Positions 58,174-64,000 of a DNA stretch of 64,000 nucleotides are shown here, piece after piece. The position numbers were made by a program, and so were the translations under genes. The notes beneath the pieces were generated by a model. That model worked only from the letters and a program-made list of their open reading frames with translations, did not search any database and was not told the DNA's origin. This DNA is from a virus. The stretch covers positions 32,001 through 96,000 of IMG/VR virus record IMGVR_UViG_3300025652_000032. One strand, given 5' to 3'. Numbering within the stretch: the stretch's first letter is position 1; each line of letters begins with the position of its first letter.

Positions 58174-60522
58174 TTAAAAACCAAGAATAATCTTGAAGTC
58201 TTCTGCTTGTTCGATATTGCGATCAATTTGTTTTATATTCTCTATGTATAATACATCACCAGATGATAGTTTCAATTCTGGTTCGGATACACTAGTAATC
58301 CACTTATTACTTGGAGCATTGGGGGTTCCACCAGATAGTCCAAAACTGTCTGTGCCTTCTCCGCCTCTAAATGTTCCAATCACATTAGTCAGGATCAATT
58401 CACCTGTCGCACCGGATTCATACTTCCATTCCACAACACTACCCTGTGCATAATTTGAAGTCTCTTTTGCTCCCTGCACTACTACATCATCTGAGGAGAA
58501 TGCATTTTCTGTTAACTTAAATCCAGTGGCAGATGTTGCGTCTGCTCTACCCTGAACAATGACGTTGGTCGTAGTTCTGTATAGTTTGTTAAGAACAGTG
58601 GTTGATGTCTTATCATCAACCGAAACTATTCTGGCAATATCTTGCTCACCTGAAATTGTCTGGAACGAGATAGTATCTGTAGTTGTACCTTGCACAAACG
58701 TCTTTATCAGTTCCCCGCCCTTTGCTTCTACTCTCGAAATGTTTGGGTAGAATGCATCACTGCTGGTGCCACGAACTTCTGCTGCGAGAGTTGATCCAGA
58801 AAAAGATCCAATGATGGGATCTACCAAAAGTTCTTGTCGAACATTATCCCAATCGACTACCGTACCTTCAGCAGTTCCTGTTCCAATTCCTGTATATTGA
58901 GTTACTCGTTCTCCCAAATCAAATTCATCTACATTGTCACTTGTAACACCAAACACAATTCGTTTAGTGTTATTATTTAAATCTTGCGTCTTAAACACAC
59001 CATTCGGATCTTCTACTAGAATATCAACGTATTCCGAATTTCTAGAATGGAATGATTCAATTTTGGCAGTTGCTTTACTCTCAACACCCATGATATACTT
59101 ACCATCGAGAAACGTACCAGATCCAAATGTATAATCATAATTACCATTAATAAATACTGGTTTTCGTAAAACAAGTTGGGTCAATTGAGCGAGTTCGCTA
59201 CCTGCAATTCTTTCTGTTCCATCATTCAGCAATGGATTTTTTATGATACCAAACTGTCTGAAATCATTCTTAGTAGAAATCGATTCGTTTTCATCACGAC
59301 TAATTTTTATATTGATCATCGTCCTCGATGCTTCTAGATCTTCTACAATATGACCAGCATGTCCCTTCTTTGGACTGATGATCGGTCGCCATGAATCGGC
59401 AGTTCCTGATGTTGGTATCGTAAGAATATCAACAAGTGCTGTGCTGTAGTCTTTGCCCTGTGTAATCGGAACAATGTCAGAAACCCTGTTCGATGTATTA
59501 AGTTTAGTTCTTACTGTACATTCAGAACCATTGCCCGTTACAACTGCGTGTGGTATAATGATGTATGATGATGGTTTCTTTTCTGAGTCCAGATTACCTA
59601 ATGTTTCGTCTGGATACAGTTCAAAGTCGAACGGTTGATCAACGACAACATATGGATCAGAGTTAAATTTAGCATTATTGTCACCATCTTGGTATACATA
59701 ATTCGATATTCGTCTATACTGCCCGACTTCTGGACCTCTACCATCTACAATGTAGATCGCATAACCAGAGTAGTATGAACTGATTTCATTCGGAGAAGAG
59801 TCTCTGTCTAGATATACACGATTCAAGTCTCCAGTATTTCCATGCTGACAAGATCGCCGTGTTCCCTCAGAGAACCCAGCGGAGTAAACGGCACTACCTG
59901 TGATATCTCTCTTGAAGTATTCGATTGCCCCCGGTACTGCTTTTTGCTGTGCTTCATATTGGTGGATACTATTCGTATTAGTTATGTCTGTGACTACACG
60001 AACCGGCATATAATCATCAGTCATGAACGGTCTGATGTCCTCGGTTACTTTACCCAAGAACTTCCACTTATATCCATCATCACCAACTAGTGTAACATCA
60101 GTCCCAGTAAATTCTGGTTTAATTGTGGATGCACCACCATTATTGTTGTCAATGACTTTGTAGATTTTAGATTCATCGACGAGTGCGTAGAAACTATTTC
60201 CAACTACACCAGTTGATGGCAGATCGAATAAAGACAACGTATCGTCGTATACATCAAATGTCGTTCCCGACACCCAATTTTTTCTGGGTACAATATGAAT
60301 AGCGTTATTCTTATCAATACGTTTTGCTGCAATTGCAGTTCTGAACGCATCGTTTTGTGCATCGGCCGAACTAGTAACGCCTGGCGCCACTGACTCATTC
60401 GGCCATTCATCCACATTACCAATGAACAAGTAATACTGATCTTCGCTAGACTTAGCAAAGTCATTGATCAATGAAGTCGCAAAATGACGACCAAAAGGTT
60501 TTTGAAAGTTTTCTGTTGCCAT
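58174..60522 (-). CDS. gp8: Baseplate wedge subunit (gp8-like, extended)
   Basis: YKVIDNNNG, DGYKWKFL, NDFRQFGII, SGDVLYIEN...FKIILGF; likely start 60522. Confidence 0.85.
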   Translation of the reverse strand: MATENFQKPFGRHFATSLINDFAKSSEDQYYLFIGNVDEWPNESVAPGVTSSADAQNDAFRTAIAAKRIDKNNAIHIVPRKNWVSGTTFDVYDDTLSLFDLPSTGVVGNSFYALVDESKIYKVIDNNNGGASTIKPEFTGTDVTLVGDDGYKWKFLGKVTEDIRPFMTDDYMPVRVVTDITNTNSIHQYEAQQKAVPGAIEYFKRDITGSAVYSAGFSEGTRRSCQHGNTGDLNRVYLDRDSSPNEISSYYSGYAIYIVDGRGPEVGQYRRISNYVYQDGDNNAKFNSDPYVVVDQPFDFELYPDETLGNLDSEKKPSSYIIIPHAVVTGNGSECTVRTKLNTSNRVSDIVPITQGKDYSTALVDILTIPTSGTADSWRPIISPKKGHAGHIVEDLEASRTMINIKISRDENESISTKNDFRQFGIIKNPLLNDGTERIAGSELAQLTQLVLRKPVFINGNYDYTFGSGTFLDGKYIMGVESKATAKIESFHSRNSEYVDILVEDPNGVFKTQDLNNNTKRIVFGVTSDNVDEFDLGERVTQYTGIGTGTAEGTVVDWDNVRQELLVDPIIGSFSGSTLAAEVRGTSSDAFYPNISRVEAKGGELIKTFVQGTTTDTISFQTISGEQDIARIVSVDDKTSTTVLNKLYRTTTNVIVQGRADATSATGFKLTENAFSSDDVVVQGAKETSNYAQGSVVEWKYESGATGELILTNVIGTFRGGEGTDSFGLSGGTPNAPSNKWITSVSEPELKLSSGDVLYIENIKQIDRNIEQAEDFKIILGF

Positions 60523-60523
60523 A

Positions 60524-62383
60524 CTAGTATATATCTCCGCCGGTCGGTCCAACATTGTTGACATCGAGTAGCATAAAGTTATGCAGTGTTATTCCATCGA
60601 ATGAAATACCAGCAGGTATTGTGGTTATACCACGCACATTCGGATGGAAGTAGATCGAGAAATATGTAATACCCAAATACTTGGCAGCAGTATATCCACC
60701 ATCAATCGGAGTTCCATATCCGTGAGTTGCTCCACTGCTACCAAGAGGTCGCTCTAGAGGATCGTGACTTGTAATTCCACCCTCTGGCATGGTTACAAAA
60801 GTAATTCCATGCACTCCCGGATTAAATACACTCCCATCCGGTCCTGTTGCTGCGAAGGGATTATATCCAAGCGGATACACATCTCCAGTGGCACCTCGGG
60901 TTGATTTATAAACAACCCCATTGTTTCTTAAGTTCAATGTCGTGCCAGGAGTGTATGGTGTGTAATGTCCAATGATTGGATACTCTTGGATCTTGCTTAT
61001 GTTAAGATCTTGAGATTCGTTTCTTTGAAGAACACGGGTGAGAGCAATTTCACCAAACACTTTCATGCCTGCTGGGTGAATAAGTTTCTTGATGGTTTCT
61101 TTAAATTTGCTTAGTGTGACTTCTGATCTTAACACATATGAATGCACCTGATAATAATCATTATCCTGCATCACTTTATTAGAACTGACTTTACCTTTGT
61201 TCCCATCATAGTAACCCGGTTTTCGATTGACTGCCTTTGGGATAAGAGATCCGTATGCAGAACCATCTCCGGTTTTACTTCTCACGGTAAATGGAACTGG
61301 TTCGCTGTAAAAAATACCACCATCCGTAATGTGTATCTCTAAGATCTCGCCCTGTAATCCAACCTGAGAAACATATCCTGCCGCACCGGCGCCGGGTGTT
61401 CCCCAAATTTCACCGATGGGAATAGATGGGTCTTGTTCGTAAATACCGAATGAACAACAAGGCGCACAACCGAAATCGATCTGTGGATATACCAAGACAT
61501 CATCACTTCCTGTTCTATACCGATTCAGTACAATTGGATCGCCGATTCGGTAGTTGAATCCGGGACTGGTGATACGAACTTCGGATAAAATACCATATGT
61601 GTTTTCATAAACTTCGCCAGTCGTACCACCGACATCGCAAAATGCAGGTCGGCCGGGGACAAATGTTCCATTGATTTCTTTGAGAGAAAACTCTGCTATA
61701 GAAGCACCACGAACACTGTATTGTATTGCAGAATCTACTGTGGCGTATGCCGTGATTGTCTTGTTATATGGATCTTTCTGTCTCAGTTTCTTATTAACAA
61801 AATTGAATATATCATTACCACAAAATGCTGATGTTTTAATTACATCTGGACTATTCCACCTACCATCAGATAGACGAAGCATGTCTTCTTCTGGATAATA
61901 GAATTCAAGAACACTGTTATAAATTATTCGGAACAAAAACTCAAACGCCTTTTCAGTTCCTTTGAGTTTGTAAAATTCTTTTATATTTTTTATTACGGAT
62001 TGTACATTCAGTGGAGTTACACCGTCGTCTGCTATTGCTAGTTCTGTTGGGAAATTCAGAAGATATGTGTTTCTAAATTGCGACACAAAACTGTCGATCG
62101 TTGTATCTACATCCGACACACTAGTCAGTCTACTGACAGCACCGACAGAATTATCATTCTGTTCCACCCATTCATAATATGCTTCGAGAAACGAAACAAA
62201 CATAGGGTAGTCAGAACGAACAAAATCTGGTAATTGGGATTCAATGAAGGGCGAGATACGAAAAAGAATCGACTCTTGTTCGGGAGTCAATTCAGCAAGA
62301 ACCTGAGAGATATCCGATGGTTGAATATCAATGAAGGACTTTAACTTGAATAATAGGGGTAAACTATTATAGTCGTTAGACAT
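60524..62383 (-). CDS. gp7: Baseplate wedge initiator (gp7-like)
   Basis: LPDFVRSDYPMFVSFLEAYYEW, FYKLKGT, YQVHSYVL, IHPAGMKVFGE. Confidence 0.8.
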   Translation of the reverse strand: MSNDYNSLPLLFKLKSFIDIQPSDISQVLAELTPEQESILFRISPFIESQLPDFVRSDYPMFVSFLEAYYEWVEQNDNSVGAVSRLTSVSDVDTTIDSFVSQFRNTYLLNFPTELAIADDGVTPLNVQSVIKNIKEFYKLKGTEKAFEFLFRIIYNSVLEFYYPEEDMLRLSDGRWNSPDVIKTSAFCGNDIFNFVNKKLRQKDPYNKTITAYATVDSAIQYSVRGASIAEFSLKEINGTFVPGRPAFCDVGGTTGEVYENTYGILSEVRITSPGFNYRIGDPIVLNRYRTGSDDVLVYPQIDFGCAPCCSFGIYEQDPSIPIGEIWGTPGAGAAGYVSQVGLQGEILEIHITDGGIFYSEPVPFTVRSKTGDGSAYGSLIPKAVNRKPGYYDGNKGKVSSNKVMQDNDYYQVHSYVLRSEVTLSKFKETIKKLIHPAGMKVFGEIALTRVLQRNESQDLNISKIQEYPIIGHYTPYTPGTTLNLRNNGVVYKSTRGATGDVYPLGYNPFAATGPDGSVFNPGVHGITFVTMPEGGITSHDPLERPLGSSGATHGYGTPIDGGYTAAKYLGITYFSIYFHPNVRGITTIPAGISFDGITLHNFMLLDVNNVGPTGGDIY

Positions 62384-63999
62384 TAATACCCTCCACCCGG
62401 CACATCAATCGGATTACCACCACCACCACCACTGCCACTACCTGAATCATTTTGTCCACCACCGCCTGCACCGCCACCGCCTCCACCGCTACCGGGTGGA
62501 TCTGAGTCTGGACCATCGGTTCCGCCTCCGCCGCCTCCGTCACCACCTCCACCGCTACCGGGTGGATCAGTTGGTGGTTCTACTGGATCGGAAATTACAG
62601 TTCCTTCTACAACATCTTCTCCGCCTTGACCACTATCTGCGTTCGAACTACTACCATCACCACTAACGAATACAGATGACGGTAATGTGTTTACTATTGT
62701 GCTGTCTGCACCAGTCGGTACTTGATACCCATCTAATCCAACCGCGAGAGAAGACGGAACACGATCAAAGCGTTCCTTGCGGAGTGCCTTTGTCGTTATA
62801 TTGACTTTGATTGCGTCAGTATCATCTTCGTCGTAAGTTAAAATGAGATTGTTGGTTGAAAGAATATCCTGATCATCTGGAATTGCTGTAAAGCGAATGA
62901 CTTCACTTTCATCATCAATCGACACAGGAACAAAGTTGGATGATAGAGTTATTCTACCTTTACCGTAGTTTACCGTACCGACATTCGAGTTAAGGATCTT
63001 CTTGGTTCCCTTCTCAAAGTAAAGGAGACGAATGAACCCGCGACCATCATCCTCTGCAAATGCAGTCTGCATCTTACCATTTAGATCTACATGCTGAAAG
63101 AAAGTAGAAGTGATTACTGGCATATGTCCATCATGTGGATGGAAGAGTGGATTCTTGAAGTTGATTGTGTATCCTGTAGAGGCACCCAGTGTTGGATATA
63201 GCCATTTTTGAATTCGTATGGTTGTCTGGTTTCCTAGAATAGAATCTTCTGTGTTGTCAATTCTTTCTAGCAATTTAGAGAACACCATGTCCTGTTCGAA
63301 TTTTTCTAGATTGGTGTCGATGTATGAAATGATATTCGACTTTGCGAGAATGTTTAGTGCTTGTGGAGACAGTAAAGTTTTATCTGGATTGTAAAGAAGT
63401 TCTGTGTCAATCAACAGATAAAGATATTCTGGATCAATAACTTCTGGTATTATACTAACTAGATTTTTACTCTTAATGATGTCACGAACAATAGTTCTCT
63501 TGGCACTTGCATTCAGATACTTACCACTTTCTGGTTTTATAGAAATGAATACTTTGCCATATTGGGGCGGAGTTTCTTGCTCACCACCATATACATTAAT
63601 AGTTTCAACATCCGCATATTCTTTTGCAACAAGAGTTTCATAGTCGTTTGCAGTGACTGCTCGATCCTGTGCTTGATATGTTCGAGGCGCAAAATATTTG
63701 ATATCTTTAATTGTTTCTGGATCTGAACCACCAGAAGAAAAGTCTACTGTTTCAATATAGGCATTACCTGAGATAGAAAACCCTCGATTTGAGGTGGACT
63801 CATTTCTTCCGATTCCATTTGCAGCAGATCCTGAAGTAGAAAGATATGTAACAGTAATTAAATTGCCATCTGTAAGTTCTTGTCCGACAATTCCATCACC
63901 AAAATATATTTCAAAAAAGTTGTCTTTTGATTCCTGTAAAAACCATACTTTATCTGTTGACTTGTAGTCTGTGAAGTTTGTTCCCTCTGACCATACATC
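62383..63999 (-). CDS. gp6: Baseplate wedge subunit, N-terminus beyond right edge
   Basis: Open in frame to the edge (hand-translated): FEIYFGDGIVG, APRTYQAQDRAVTANDYE; Gly/Pro-rich C-terminal tail. Confidence 0.93.
   Translation of the reverse strand, partial: DVWSEGTNFTDYKSTDKVWFLQESKDNFFEIYFGDGIVGQELTDGNLITVTYLSTSGSAANGIGRNESTSNRGFSISGNAYIETVDFSSGGSDPETIKDIKYFAPRTYQAQDRAVTANDYETLVAKEYADVETINVYGGEQETPPQYGKVFISIKPESGKYLNASAKRTIVRDIIKSKNLVSIIPEVIDPEYLYLLIDTELLYNPDKTLLSPQALNILAKSNIISYIDTNLEKFEQDMVFSKLLERIDNTEDSILGNQTTIRIQKWLYPTLGASTGYTINFKNPLFHPHDGHMPVITSTFFQHVDLNGKMQTAFAEDDGRGFIRLLYFEKGTKKILNSNVGTVNYGKGRITLSSNFVPVSIDDESEVIRFTAIPDDQDILSTNNLILTYDEDDTDAIKVNITTKALRKERFDRVPSSLAVGLDGYQVPTGADSTIVNTLPSSVFVSGDGSSSNADSGQGGEDVVEGTVISDPVEPPTDPPGSGGGGDGGGGGGTDGPDSDPPGSGGGGGGAGGGGQNDSGSGSGGGGGNPIDVPGGGY
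62480..62568. repeat. 23-bp direct repeat (62480-62502, 62546-62568) within the Gly-rich tail of gp6
   Basis: cctccaccgctaccgggtggatc occurs twice, encoding DPPGSGG. Confidence 0.9.
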
Positions 64000-64000
64000 A

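Noticed and set aside
62383-63414. Apparent separate 343-aa ORF and possible gp6 split
   Set aside because: The frame stays open to the window edge; this is an artefact of the missing start.

Overview
64 kb segment of a T4-like (T4-superfamily myovirus) phage genome, probably from an uncultured aquatic lineage. The host cannot be identified from this window. Every credible gene is on the minus strand. In transcription order (right to left): baseplate gp6 (truncated by the window edge), gp7-like and gp8, a DUF4815 protein, five large fibre/adhesin-like proteins, gp13-gp23, gp3, uvsY, a degenerate deaminase, uvsW, gp55, gp47, gp46, a PLP enzyme plus DNA amino-methyltransferase pair, a Lys-rich protein, rnh, gp45, gp44, a GroES-like gene, gp62 and regA. 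Where gp43 would normally follow regA there is instead an island of at least 16 tightly coupled glycan-biosynthesis genes (about 7 glycosyltransferase-like genes, 2 SDR epimerases, a 4,6-dehydratase, a cupin isomerase, an aminotransferase, 2 methyltransferases), which runs off the left edge. The leading hypothesis (inference) is a virion-glycosylation system. The island starts behind the same late-promoter-like word (CTAAATA) that precedes a tail-fibre gene, and loops and tails of the outer virion proteins (gp23, gp18, gp15, gp7, fibres) are packed with G-x-T/S/C motifs that could be acceptor sequons. Other oddities: a roughly 255-aa insert with 44 Cys in a beta-helix virion protein, a deaminase whose CxxC reads SxxS, a perfect sigma70 promoter driving an apparently leaderless Lys-rich protein, and back-to-back sigma70 promoters upstream of gp55. 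Family assignments come from motif recognition by eye; no database search was run.
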